The notes beneath the pieces were generated by a model, which was not told the origin of the DNA, did no database searches, and saw only the letters and a program-made list of their open reading frames with translations. A program made the translations under genes and the position numbers. From Narcine bancroftii (lineage: Eukaryota), in NCBI RefSeq assembly GCF_036971445.1, contig NC_091470.1, forward strand, positions 51,150,001 through 51,214,000: a stretch of 64,000 nucleotides of DNA, written 5' to 3'. Below, one piece after another: positions 1-13,711 of this stretch. The first letter of the stretch is position 1; every line of letters starts with the position of its first letter.

Positions 1-3000
1 GTCCAATCCAGATCTTCCTTCCTTTTAAGCCTACTTTCTTTGTTTTGTGTGGCTACATGATGACAGAGAATTGTAATTAGAGCAAAAGAAGCAGATGCTG
101 GAATTGAAAAGCAGAAACAGAAACTGTTTCAATCTGCATTTTGGACGGAGAGTACATTGATTCAACAACAAGAGAAAAAAAAGAAGAGGCAAACCTATTT
201 AAAAGTGTAGGGAGGAAGAGGGTGGAGAGGAGAGAGGGAATGTTTGTGTTAGGGTTAAGACCGACGTTGTCAATTTAATAATTACTTCAGAAAAAAACTG
301 GCAGCTGGAGTCAAAGAGATCAAAACAAAGGTATAGCCATATCTATGCAGAGACGTCAGAAGAGGTAGGGTATTTGACAGTATTAAATTCAGCATTGCGT
401 CCTTGGGACCTTAACATGCCCATATGGAAGCAAAACTCTGTAATATATTTATTCAACTATTATTCACTGATGAATCACCTTGAACCGATATAATGGCGCC
501 ACAGAAGAAGGCCCTGCTCCATTCATCCACTTCTGTCTGCCACACCATACTAATTCCAATGATCTCATGCCATCTTTAATATGGTAATAGGTTTTTCAGC
601 TTTTAAAATAGTTGGTGTATGGTCTACTTCATGCCCCAGTTTAAGAGGACTGATGCAAACTGTCAGGAAAACCTATAAAAAGCATGAGCACAAAACTGGT
701 AACTGACCTTCGGCTCCTTAACAGTTGCACAAACTTGCTTACCACAAACATTGTATCTGCTGTTCATGTTGTCAACATGGTTTCACCAAGTCAGCCCATA
801 AACCACACAGAATTGTTATGCTGGAGCACAACAAAGAACATAGAAATTTCTTCAAACTTTTAGGATGAGAATGCTCAAGTAACTATTAGTTAAGCGATGA
901 TAAGTAGAACAAAAATAAAATTCAGCCCTTTTATCAACAAAATGGATTTATGAAGTAGCCTAATTCAAATGGGATGATAATATTTCAGAAAAATACACTG
1001 GTCAAACTCTTGAGAATTAAAAGACTTGCTCAATCAAAACAAATAACTGCAATGTGTTATCCTCACTGCAGTTGAGTCGGAATAAATGCATTCGTGAACC
1101 GTGTAAAATTCCCAAGAACCACCCTGTACACTTTTACCACCATAGCCGTCCTGAACCAAACATAACCTTGATTCAAGCACATTTCTTTCTTGACAAATGA
1201 GTGAAGCATCCTTTGGAATTCAGTGATATTTTCAAATCCAATAAAAATTAAACATTGTAGGTCTATGTCTCACACTTTGATCTAGGTTGTCAAATAAGTG
1301 TGTGATGCATTTTCCTGTAATCCTTAAATCCTGGAATCAATGTTACAATATTTATAAATAATATTTGGTGAACAATATAATATTTAGATGCATTGTTTGA
1401 GCAGTGATGTTGCCTTCAGTAGAATATGTTGTTGGTGATTTCATTTGTGGTATGGGCTGCAGGCCAGTACAAATTTGAGATTGTAATCTTATTTACGTTA
1501 TTACACTAATTAAACTAGGTAACATGGTAAAACAGCTTGCCTGTAATCATATAATTCTGCATAATTTTGTCTCCAAATGTCCCAGTGCCATTCGAAAAGG
1601 ACAAAGGAAAGGTTGTGTAAAAATTTCACCCAATTTTATTTGCAGCCTATTAACAACTGTTACTGGAGGTTTAATTATACCCCTGTGATCTGGAGATAGA
1701 GCAGATTTCTGTCATTTTCTCCTTTGGGAACGGTTCCTAGTTACCAGCATCCATTATCCCTGCCTGTAAGCTGATGCTTTTTTATTACCAGTGCAATAAT
1801 CACAGCATCTTTGGGAACATCTGTTCTGTGTGCTATGCGCAGAGATCCCAATGCCTGTCAGCTACTGGTTTTGTATGACGACCTCCGTGCCCTCTCACTC
1901 AGTTTTACAGCTAATTTGTTTAGGAAAATTCTGCAGATCTGCCTACACACTATCACTGCCAGAGTACAATTAATAGTTCAAATTTTACAAACAAATGGGA
2001 TGCTGCCTTTCTCTAAACTTCAACACTTGCTTTGCTATGATTGACTTCACTGAGTTTTACTCCAACAAATATTCACAGCAGATGGATCTGTAACCAGTAA
2101 CAACCTTCTCCAGGCTGCCTTCCGGCAGCCACTGATATTCACTGCCATCATTTAGAAAATACATTCACAAAATTGGAGGGCATCTTGCATCCTGAGTTTA
2201 GCACTGCATCTAGAGTTGCTCTGGATTGAAAGATATTTGTAGTAACTGTTATTAACAAATTGTTGCCTGTTAAAGAATAGGTTGCATTGCTTTTAGTTGG
2301 TGTCATAATTCTACCATGTGTTAAAATATTGCTACAACTTTCACAACAAAAAGACAATCATTTAAATGGCACCTTCAAGGAAATGAGATGTGAAATTTCT
2401 TGTTATGATTAATTTCTTTTCATTCTGCTGTTCACTCAGCATTTTGTCAGTGATATTCCCGAGCAAGGATTACATTTTGCATAATATATGTACCAAAGTG
2501 CACAATGCTATAGAAGCAGGTTAGTGTAAAATTTAAGCAGCCTACATATGGTATCAAAAGATATTTATAATTTCCACCAATTTTCAGGTCAACGGTATTG
2601 TGTTTGAGGAAAAATGAATTCAAAAATATTAAAAACTTTATTGTTTAATATGACTAATTTAAGTGTAAATTATGAGACCAGACCAAAATAAAACATACCG
2701 TAATTAATTATTATGTAGAGTATGAAAATGCGGCCAGAAAATTGCTTTATTACACTTATTTTAACATATTTTCAATAAAGCTTCATTTCAGGAAGCTAAT
2801 ACAATTATAAATAATCTTTCAGAAATGCAATACTTCAGATATGCTGCCTAAAGGTTTATAACAACAGCCATAAAATCAAGTGCAGTGTTATAATCTAGAT
2901 TGAATATTTACATAAATGATTGTCATTGAGTGTATAGTTTCACCAGCAATATTTAGTGAAAGTTTATTGCTCACCCACACATTCAAATATGGCACATTTT

Positions 3001-3944
3001 CTGCTGAAATTATGGTTTAAGTGATGACAAAAAAACATCAAACATTATGCATAATGAATGTCAACAGCAGGAGTTTCTCTTTTATTCAGAAAATGTTTAT
3101 CAATCATGCTTTATTTATTTTATTAAATGTTAGCCTGAAGAGGCATACATGTTAAAGATCATTTCTAGTTTGAGATTTACTGTTAGGATTATTAAAACAA
3201 AACAATTGCAACAGATTGCATTCAGAATCACTTGCTCTCTGAAATCAAGTAAAAAGATTGAGAGAAAGATGCAGACCAATTAATTAATAGGACGCAAGAG
3301 GATAGTCACAGGGAGGAAAATCTCCAACTGCTGGAACTAATTCAGTGTATGCAAGGATCTTTCACACTAAACCCAATTTAAGTTTTTAAAAAATTGGTAT
3401 CAGATCATTGTTAGCTGTATTGCAGAGTCAAAAACAGATTAATCAATAATAGGGTCATTCAAGTCATCAGTATTCTTAGATTAGTCCAGGGGAACATTGG
3501 CCTTTTAGTAATTTTGCAAAAATATATTTAACTCTTTAAAATGTACTATTCTTACTGAATCGCGTTCTTCTAAAATGCTCAGAATCAGAAAAGATAAATG
3601 CATACGATGCTCATTTAGCCTCTAAAAGTCTTTAGCTTCCATTCAACCAAGGACTCTGCACTAACATAACAGCCAATGGGGACCGATGAGTGAACTGGCA
3701 AGTCCTATGAATGCTGTGAGACCTGCTGAGTTCCTCCAGCATTGTTGTGTTTTCAATACTTTTTCCTTAATTGGCATCCTGGTATTTTTACCTCAGCTTT
3801 GTACTGTTGAATAAGTTAAATATCCTTTATTTATAAGATGGAATTTATTTGACAACCAACATGCGCTCATCCTTCATCTTTTCATGAAAATTACAATCCC
3901 TTAGCTGTAACAAATCTTTTCTTCCTCATGGTTTGTTTAAACCC

Positions 3945-4980
3945 CTGAAAGAAGGTTGTGGATGTTGTCTACATGGACATAAGTAAGGCCTTTGGCAAGG
4001 CCCCGCATGGGAGGTTAGTTCAGAAAGTTCAGACACTAGGTATCCATGGAGGGGTTGCAAACTGGATTCAAAATTGGCTGAATGGGAGAAGACAGAGATT
4101 GGAGGCCTGTGGGACCATTGTTGTTTGTTGTCTATATCAATGATCTGGATGATAATATGGAAAATTGGGTCAGCAAGTTTGCATATGAGATTGGAGGCAT
4201 TGTGGACTGTGAGGAAGGATTTCAAAGCTTGCAGAGGGATCAGGACCAACTGGAAAAGGGAGCCAGAAAATGGCAAATAGAATTTAATGCAGACAAGTTT
4301 GGGGTGTTGCACTTGGAAGGGCATACACAGTAAATGGTAGTGCAATGAAGAGTGTGGAGACACAAAGCGATCTGGGAATTCAGATACATAATTCCCTGAA
4401 AATGGTATCACACATAGACAGGTTTTGGTATCTTGGTCTTCATTAATCGAGTATAGGAGTTGGGATGTTAGGAGGTTGTATAAGACTTTGGTGAGGCCAA
4501 ATTTGAAGTATTGAGTGCAGTGCGGAGAAGATTTACTAGGATTTGTCAGGTCTTCAGGAGTTGAGTTACAGGGAAAGATTAAACAGGTTAGGACTTTATT
4601 CCTTGGAGAGTAGAAGGATAAGGGGAGATTTGATAGAGGTTTACAAAATTATGAGGGGTATAGACAGAGTAAATGCAAGTAGGTGCTTTTCTCTTAGATT
4701 AGAAGAGATAAATACGAGAGATCATGGGTTAAGGTGAAAGGGGAAAGGTTTGGGGGAACATTAGGGGCATCTTCACTCAGAGAATGGTGGGAGAGTGGAA
4801 CAAACTGCCATTTGGCATGTAAATGTGGACTCACTTAGGTTTTAAGAATAAATTGGATAGATACATGGATGGAAAAGGTTTGAAGGGTAATGGAATGGGT
4901 ACAGGTCAGTGGGACTAGCGAAATGATGTTTCGGCACAGATGAGAAGGACTGAATGGCCTGTTTTCTATGGTTCTATGTT
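3945..4980 (+). mobile_element. CR1-clade LINE, decayed 3' part (RT and 3' UTR)
   Basis: Fragmented ORFs give CR1 RT motifs: DVVYMDISKAF..PHGRLVQK, LLFVVYINDLD..SKFA, LSYRERLNRLGLYSLE.RRIRGDLIEVYKIM. The tail ends in ttctatggttctatg. Confidence 0.9.
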
Positions 4981-5779
4981 CCCTTCATTGCAGCATCTGT
5001 TTTCCATTAAATAGCTTGTTGCTTTCGCTGTGGTTTCCATTTCTCAGGTGGGATGAACATTCTGTACATTTATCAATGTCGGGTGATGAAAGATGTCCAC
5101 ACATATTTTTTTTCTTTGTTCACTGAATCTATATCTCCTTGTCCTAAATTCAAAAATTTTGAATTTTTATTTTAGATCTCACTCTCACAAGCTGTTTGTC
5201 TCCTATAAAACCAGTTCTCGTCACATCTCAGACCTTTGATGCCTGGCTACATGTCTCTTTTCTGAAATAGTCACATTATTTGAATATCTTTTTCCAGTGA
5301 TCATAAATTTAAATGTTATTTGATCAGTTTATTGAGTGGAATTTTCCTGATATATATTTCACTACTCTGTCCATTTACCTCTTTGATAATCCACTGATCT
5401 GCCAATTCAAGGTTCCATTTATTTATTTTTGGCATTTTGTTTAATCTTTTTTCTCAGGTATACATTCAAATAATTTTTAGTACCAATAACTACAATTGTA
5501 TGAAAACTCAAGGTCACTTGTATCATTATTGCGTTTTTACAATATTATAATTGAGGTAATTGCACACATAAAGTGATGGAGTGTTTGGATCTTCAAGCTG
5601 CCCTGAATTTTATCTGTGTTTTAAGATCTTCTGTTTAGTTATTTGCCATAATAATTACAAAAATGAAGTAATGGCTTAAAACAAGTAATTAGCGGATGAG
5701 ATAAAGTGTTACTTGAAAATAATGGAACGGTTTGTAATTTTCAGTTCATAGTATAAACAAAAGTACTGTGAACTAAATA

Positions 5780-6115
5780 AAAGACTTGCAGATAAATATT
5801 ACATCTTTTACAACTATAGGACATGTCAACGCCCAAGGGATAACTAAACACAATGACCACTTTGATGTGGGAAATACATCAGCAAAGTTTACACAGTGAG
5901 AGTGCACAAATTTGTACCTAATGATCGATTACTGATGATGTGTAATGCTCATCGAAGGATAGTAATGGTTAGGGCAAACTTCAGTTTACCTCTGCTTCTT
6001 CACATTTATCTAGTGGAATCATTAAAAGCTCCTTCTGAAGGGACAGGTGTGGTCTCTGTTTCACATCACATCCAAAAATCTCATCCAGAATGAGCACTTT
6101 GGTCTGTAGTTTATA
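5780..6115 (-). mobile_element. Ancient Deu-domain SINE remnant (SacSINE/AmnSINE-like)
   Basis: By-eye similarity of 6010-6100 (ggaatcattaaaagctccttctgaagggacaggtgtggtctctgtttcacatcacatccaaaa) to the reverse complement of the Deu core. Highly diverged. Confidence 0.5.
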
Positions 6116-7999
6116 TTGTACTACATGGTAACTTCAAAGTGCTATACTCCACCTCCAAGACCTCGAGAAAATGAATTTCAGACGCAGATTGTAAAATGCT
6201 GATCTCAGTATTAGGTGTTTTGCGCTATCAAGCCCAAAGGAATGTCGAGGCAAGCATCCCCAGTGGTCCACCAGAATCAGCTGAAAAGTTATGCTCAAAC
6301 CTTGGGAATGCAACTTTAAAAAATAACCTTTGAGCTAGCAGCAAGGAAACCAACTCAGCCATAAGTGAATGCAACACGGGAAGTATTCGATATCTAAATT
6401 AATGATCAGTGCAATCTGCAGAATTGCTTCTGTATCAAAGCTGGCATGATTAAATGTAATTATTTTCCATTGACTTTCATCGTGGTGTTGGAGATTTAAA
6501 CTATAGTCTCATGACAAGACACGTGTTCAATATACTGTAATAGAACTAGTAAACAGAGAACATACTCATAAAAAATAAATTGCTGTACCCCTGAAGATTA
6601 AATTGTCCTTACGAAATTCTCTGGGTCCCCAACTTGACAGCTTCCCAACTCTTTTCAGAATGGAAACCATTTTTACTGTATCATGAATCTTTGAGAGTGC
6701 AATGGTATGATATTATTAAAGGAATGAAAAGTGCATCGTTATGCTACCAGAAAGACAATTCTTTAAAGTATCTTCTTTAAATTGATGGAATTAACTACAT
6801 TTTGAAATGGTGAAATATAACTTAGCCAAGGTTTGTAATTTGTTGAAATTAATGATTGAACAAGATCATTGAAGTCTAGTTTGATAAACAAATCATGGGA
6901 ATGCTGAAGTGTGGATTTCATGCTCTCTGCCTACACGTCAGTGTTGAGGGTGAGGCTCATTCCCCCTCTCTGTCTATAGCCAGTTTTTGCTGCATCATTA
7001 ACTGCACAACTGCGTCCTTCTCATATCATGACATGTAAACATCCACATGACCAATGAACTCTGGACCATCTAATCCACTTTCGGCTTTCTCCTTTGTTGA
7101 GGTACTGAAATTTATTATTTCCCAAGATATAATAGTTTATTTTCCCATCAGCATATATTGGTTATATATCTTTGCCTCCTATAGACACTGCAAGACCTGT
7201 TAAGTTCCTCTAGCTTTTCTGTTTTTTCACACTAAATGTTCAGGATAGCTTTAACTAAATTCTTGCAAGTTTTGGAATTTTGTAGTTAAGTTATATTGAA
7301 CTTCACGATAAAATCATCAGTCCTTTTGCCAGATGATTACTCTTGGTTCTGACCTTATGGTTTGTCAGTGGGAAGTTTCTTTTGTACATGGGACAAGTGT
7401 GAACTGGCTCCCAATCAGTTGCATCAGGTACCTCAACTACCAAAGACTCCAGTCTCACTCTGCGCTGAATAGGTTGGATTGTTTCGGTCTCCCACCAACC
7501 TACCTTCAGTTCCACATGCAAGGGGCTTATTCTCAAATATTTTTTAAACAAGTCTCCTTATTTCAAGGGTCCATGATGGGATCCCAATCTTGACTTCAGC
7601 AGTGGAGCTGATGTACCTCATTTATCCTCACAGAAATATTGGATCCCGGCTTAGTTAGATCAGCAGGAAATTCGGAAGTATGGAATCCCAAGGCAAGTCT
7701 CTGCAGCTTCCCATCAATTATTTGTGACTAATCAACTCGCCACCTTCTTTTGCAAGATGTTTGACCCAAGCTCTCAGCCAGGTTTCACATGTTTACTGAT
7801 TAATCCCTCTCCTCAACAGAGCGAGTGAAGAACTGAGTGGTAAGAAGACTAGAGTTCATACAATTTTATCAATAATCAGAATAACACTACTGTGGCAGAT
7901 GGATGGAACTTCTGGAGAATTCTTCCCCAAAGAACATAATCTTTCAAACTATATTATTTGTTTACTTTGATTGCAGTCAAGCAGTCAGATCCTTGACAT

Positions 8000-9428
8000 C
8001 CTTTTCCCAGACCCTTTAGGGCCCCAAACTCAGACACTCAGCCACTGAGAAGGGGGCACAGGCTATAGTGAAAGCTGTGCACTACTGGAGGCACTATCTG
8101 GCTGGCAGGCCATTCACGCTTCTGACGGACCAGAGAGCTGTCCAATTTATGTTCAACAATCAACAGTGGGGGAAGATTAAAAATGGATCATGAGCAGGAG
8201 AATTGAACTCTCCACCTACAATTATGAGATCTTGTATCAGCCTGGGTAGTTCAATGAGCCACCCGATGCCCTGTCCCACGGAACCTGAGCCAGGGCACAA
8301 GTAGATCACCTCCAAGCCCTCCATGATAGCCTCATTCTCCCCAGTGTCACCATGCTCTACTACTTTGTGAGGGCCCACAACTTCCCCTATTCTGTGGAGG
8401 AGATGAGGAAGCTGACCTGTTACTGTTTGGTATGCATGGAGTGCAACCTGCACTTCTACCAGCTGGAGAAAGCTCAGCTGATCAAGGCCACTCGTCCCTT
8501 TCCTGAATATTGTGGACGAGTACTCACATTTCCCATTCGCCATTCACTGCCTGGATATGACACACCCACGGACATTAAAGCCCTCCGCAACCTCTTCACC
8601 TTGTTCAGATACCCCAGTTAGATTCACAGTCCTCATTCATGAATGAGGAATTGGACCAGCGTTTCCTGTCCAAGGGTATAGCCATAAGCAGAGCCACTAG
8701 CTACAACCCCCAAGGGAAAAGGAGAATGGCACAATCTGACTTGGCCCTCAAGTCAAAAGGGATGCCCATCTCCCAATGGCGAAGTCCTTCTGGAGGCGCT
8801 ACATGCACCAGGTCCCTATTCTGTACTGCTATGAATACCACCCGACATGAGAAATTGTTCTCCTTCCCTAGGAGGTTGGCGTTGGGAACCATGCTGCTGC
8901 CGGTCTGGCTGATGACCCAGGCCCGGTGCCGCAGACATGTTAGGACCAACAAGGAGGAAGTGCACCTCCTGCATGTGAAACCAAAGTTCGCCCCTGTCTA
9001 GAACCCAGATGGGTGGGAAGGCATAGTGTCCATCCAGGACCTGGCTTGAGCAGGGGCCCCAGCAGTGGAGATGCACCCAGAAGTCTTCATCAACAACCAG
9101 CCAGTCCCTTCTACTGTCCAGATAAATGACCATTTGAATCCACCATGACTACCCCTCAGGCCTTCACCCCCACCTACCCTACAACCATGAACTGAACCAC
9201 CAACACCCCCACCCCCCAGAACCTGTTCTGACCAACCCAGTTCAGCCCCTGGACATTCAGCTTGCCATATAGGTCACCATCCCACAGGAGCTGATGACAC
9301 AACTGGTAGTGTGGCAACAGATAAAGCCACTGGACCGGTTGAATCTGTGAACTATTAAAGAATGCATGACCGGTAACGATGGACACTGTCCCACTTCACC
9401 ATGCGGGCTTTATCTAAAAAGTGGTGAA
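8000..9428 (+). mobile_element. Gypsy/Ty3 LTR retrotransposon internal remnant (RNase H and integrase)
   Basis: Translates to AQAIVKAVHYWRHYLAGRPFTLLTDQ (RNase H), an HHCC-like region (C.VCMEC) and SYNPQG (integrase), with many frameshifts. A purine-rich PPT-like aaaaagtggtgaa lies at 9416-9428. Confidence 0.85.
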
Positions 9429-9664
9429 TATGGTGAAACACAGTAGTGCAGGTGTGACCTCACTAGACCCTACATGCTGGCCCGTTTCCGACCCTGTAAC
9501 TCCTCTCCATAAATTCCCAATAAAGGCTGATAGCCCTAGTCTCCTCCCTCCATACCAGCCTTGGGTCAGGGCCAGCAGCATGTCGAGACGTTTCAGATGT
9601 TTCTGGATATTAAAGTCTTTAATCACTCACTTCTTTTCTGTTTATGGTTATTGATCACCCTACA
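9429..9664 (+). mobile_element. 3' LTR of the upstream Gypsy remnant
   Basis: Directly follows the PPT, starts tatggtg (decayed TGTGGTG), contains ATTAAA and ends ...ccctaca. Confidence 0.7.
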
Positions 9665-10099
9665 AACCACAAAGTCTTAATGCATTCTTAGGAATAGTCA
9701 AAGGCTCTTTCAGGAAACCCATCCTTCCTGATGTTGAGAGGTGAACTAAGAAAGGAAAAACATAATTACTGTGATTAGTAAATGTATAAACTTACATACT
9801 TCACTTGTTGTAATTTTGTGATTTTTTTTGTATCTGCATTCAACTGTGAAATTTCAGTAATATAACACAATTTCCCTTTATAAATCAGAACCGGATCTCT
9901 TAAAATTGAATTACTTCACAGAAACACCTGGTACCAAGCAGTGCCAGTCTTTATGGTTCTCTCCTCAGTCTTTGTTTCATATTATAAGCAGATCTTTCTG
10001 TTCTTTTTCCCCTCGATGGTTATCTAAGCTTTCCTTTAAATCCATCTCTGCTGTTCATTCCAATGTTCCATCTGGTGACAAATTCCAGAAAAGGAAAAG

Positions 10100-10228
10100 A
10101 AATAAAACAGCTTACGCTGGAATCTAAAACAAAAGCAGAAATGCTGGAAGAACTCAGCCAATTGAGCAGCATCTGTGGAAAGAGAAACCAGCTAATGATA
10201 TGGATCAGTAACCCTTCCTCAGAACTGT
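10100..10228 (-). mobile_element. Penelope-like terminal repeat remnant
   Basis: gctggaatctaaaacaaaagcagaaatgctggaagaactcagc...cagcatctgtgg...cccttcctcag. The same motif family recurs near 3710, 7185, 15483, 26790, 34520, 56270 and 61250. Confidence 0.5.
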
Positions 10229-11154
10229 TTTCATCACTCTGAATAAAGACATATATTCAGGTTCTTTATAGGATTAGTTAGTGTCAATGGTACATTCATC
10301 AAGAATACTATTGAATTTTCTCTCTTGCTTGTCCTTTTTGAATGTCTTTCTCATTTAAAGATTTTTATTCAGTCACACACAGCCTTCTCTTTTCTAGAAG
10401 CAGGATCCCAGCTGCCTAGTCTTTCCGATTGATTTTGTTCTTATTCTTGGAAATATTTGCAGTTTCTCCAGTACTTATGCACTCTTTTCAAAATCTAAAG
10501 ACCCTAACTGTCTCGCACTTGAAGTCTACTCAAATTGTTATCCCTTTAAAATAATTCCTCTCAGTTTCATTTCTTGACCTCTGGAACCCCAATATTGTTA
10601 TGACTTTGGGACTATTATAAGTTCATGGGAGTGTTTTTTTTTGTGATTTGTAAGTGCAGCTCCATCAATCCCCCTGTTTTCCCATTCAGTTTTGATTCTC
10701 ATTTTCCAGACAATTCAGGACCATTCTTTGTGCTTCCTGCTAAGAAATATCTCACTTGATTATTAATTGACGCATTTGTTCCTGCAAATTTAACATTTTG
10801 TTTGTAAACAACCAACCAAATTAATGAAAATGTTTCTTATTCAAAAAGAAGTACTCTTTCACTCAGTGGCTGAAATTTATGAACAATAAAACTTCAATCA
10901 CATTTCACACTAATGTAAAGTTTTTTTTTAGTGAAGCCTTCATTACAAGGCCCCTAAATCTCAGAATCATGGGATATGACTGAAACTTTTTTCAGCAAGT
11001 TATTTTGCAGAATATCCCATCCAGCATCAGAACCAGTGATAAAGTGAAAGAGAACACCCTTTCACCCTGAGGTGATTTGTGGTTCAAACAAGACATAGAG
11101 ACTAACAGCTCCACTTCAAGACAACACCCTTGCATTCAAGGAAGATTGTTCAGA

Positions 11155-11350
11155 CAAGTGATTAGTGTAGCGGTTAGCGCAATGCTATTACGGCACCAAT
11201 GATCTGAGATTGAATCTACCAATGCCTGTAAGGAGTTTGTACCTTCTCCCCATGACTGGTGTGAGTTTCTTCCAGGTGCTCCAATTTCCTCCAATCCTCC
11301 AAAAATGCACTGAGTTTGTGGGTTAGTGTATTTGGGGAGCAGAGACTCAT
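11155..11350 (+). mobile_element. tRNA-derived HE1/V-SINE, decayed
   Basis: Head tagtgtagcggttagcgc...gattgaatc and V-domain gtaaggagtttgtaccttctcccc...tccaggtgctccaatttcctcc. Homologous to copies at 14341, 40596 and 54415. Confidence 0.75.
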
Positions 11351-11560
11351 ATTTACACAGCAGTCAGATTCTTTTAAGCTTAGATGTAAATTCTGTCAAT
11401 AAGTACTCGGAATGAAGTAGCATGAATATAATAGAAATATTTATAAAATATTTGCAGAGTTGTCATAACCAGTTCAGGAATGGTCCACCTGCACCCACAT
11501 ATAAATAAATCAAAATATGCATCAATTAGCATGTAATTTATTTTAATTTTACCACTATAA

Positions 11561-12028
11561 CCCTCCCCACTATGAGTACATCTACAGGGAACACTGTCGT
11601 CAGAGAGCAGCAGCAATCATCAAATACCCTCACCATCCAGCACATGCTCTGTTCTCGCTGCTGCCATCAGGAAAGAAGTATAGGTGCTACAAGACTCGCA
11701 CCACCGGGGTTCAGGAACAGCTGCTACCCCTCCACCATCAGACTCCTCAATGACAAACTCAATCAGGGACTCATTTAAGGACTCTTACTTGTGCACTTTA
11801 TTGATGTTCTTTTTGTTCTCTCTGTACTGAATAGTCAGTTTGTTTACATTCGTTATCTGTTTACAGTTCTTTGTTTGCATATTTTACGCTGTGTACAGTT
11901 TATTTTTTGCACAACCAATTAGTGGTAATTCTACTGTGCCCGCAGTAAGAAAGAAGCTTAGGGTTGTATGTGATGCCGTGTATGTACACTGACAATAAAT
12001 CTGAATCTGATTAAATCTGAATCTGAAT
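11561..12028 (+). mobile_element. Rex1/Babar-type LINE 3' end
   Basis: FRNSCYPSTIRLLN C-terminus, then tgacaataaa followed by a (ctgaat)n tail. Confidence 0.75.
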
Positions 12029-12513
12029 AATTATACATTATTTCAAATGATGCCAATCGTGTGGTTGGTTGATTGGGTCCAAATGAAGATTTGATGTTGC
12101 CTTTGCTTTTGTTACTAAATATCTTGGTTGCAACCATAGCTATTTTTGATATTTCTAGGTCAGCTAGGCTCCAGAAGAGGTGACACTACATAAACAGACA
12201 AAAAGCAGCCAGGAACGAGTGGGTTACTGACACTTAAAGTTTAATTTTCCTTGATTAATCACCATTCCTATTCAAAATGACTTCTTGTGTATCTACTCAG
12301 AGCTCTGGCAGCCTTAAACTTGATTGAACCATGCCAACCATGACAAGGCCTCCAGCCTTCATGCCATTGCCTCTGACTTTCTGTTTGTATTGAGCTTATT
12401 AAGGCTTGATCTGCTGCCACATTAAATGTCTCAGATACCTTAATGTACGCAAGAATTTTGCTTGTGGTCAAATCAAACCAGTCAAGTGCATAATTCACAG
12501 ATGCACATCATGC

Positions 12514-12677
12514 NNNNNNNNNNNNNNNNNNNNNNNNNNNNNNNNNNNNNNNNNNNNNNNNNNNNNNNNNNNNNNNNNNNNNNNNNNNNNNNNNNNNNNN
12601 NNNNNNNNNNNNNNNNNNNNNNNNNNNNNNNNNNNNNNNNNNNNNNNNNNNNNNNNNNNNNNNNNNNNNNNNNNNNN
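12514..12677. other. Assembly gap (164 N)
   Basis: Run of n characters in the sequence. Confidence 1.
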
Positions 12678-12977
12678 GCATAAAACGACTGATTCTAACT
12701 GATTCTAGTTTAACCTAATGAATAGCTTGGTCATACATTAGCAGTCCACAAGGTGACTAAATGAACAGTCTGACTTCCTCAATTCCCAGTGAAATTGACA
12801 AGCTATTGGAAATGGAATGTTAAGAATATCCTGTCATTTTTTAAAAGGCCTATAATGTATGAGATTACTTGCCGTAAAACAAGGTGTGTTTTGTTTATTG
12901 TCTGGAAAAGAAGAGCAAAATGGAGCCCTCTGCACTCAACTCAACAGTCAAATAGACATATGAAATTTTTTAAATCC

Positions 12978-13709
12978 TCCAATCTCACACGCAATGTCAG
13001 CAAAACCTAGGAGTTGATTGTGGACTTTAGAAACAGAAAACCAGAAATGGATGATCCATTGATCATTGGGAGACCAGAGGGTGAACAAATTTGAAGTCCT
13101 GGGAGTCACTATCCCAAGGACCTATTTTTGGACCTAACATACTGATGTCATCATGAAGAAAGCACATCAGTGCCTCTACTACCTCAGGAATTTGCAAACG
13201 TCTAAAGATGTGTAATGGAAAGTGTGCTGACCGGGCGTATTATGGCCTGGTATGGGAACATCAATACTGAGCTGAAAGCCCTGCAAAAGGTACTATTGAG
13301 AAATTCTCTCTGCCGTCAGAGAGCAAGCAGCAATCATCATCAAGGATCCACACCACCCAGGTCATGCTCTGTTCTTGCTGCTGAGTCTTGACTCATACCA
13401 TCAGGAACAGTTGCTACCCCTCCACCATCATCAGATTCCTGAACAACAAACTCAATCAGAAACTCATTTAAGGAATCTTACTTTGGACATTATTTATTAT
13501 TGATTTTTATTTCTGTTTTGCACAGTCAGTTTGTTTACATTTTTTTATTTGGTTTTATTTTGGTCTTTTGTATATGTATCTTTCACTTGAGTACAGGGTA
13601 TAGTTACCAATAAGTAAAAATGTTGCCTGGTCCACAAGAACAAAATGTCATGGTTGTATGTTATATCATGTATGTACTCTGACAATAAGTCTGAACTTTA
13701 ACTTCGAAC
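12978..13709 (+). mobile_element. Rex1/Babar-type LINE 3' fragment
   Basis: NVSKT*ELIVDFR motif and KKAHQCLYYLR. The 3' UTR resembles 11561-12028 and has a tgacaataag plus short-repeat tail. Confidence 0.8.
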
Positions 13710-13711
13710 CA

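Noticed and set aside
12406-12702. ORFs spanning 12514-12677
   Set aside because: They are artefacts of the N gap.
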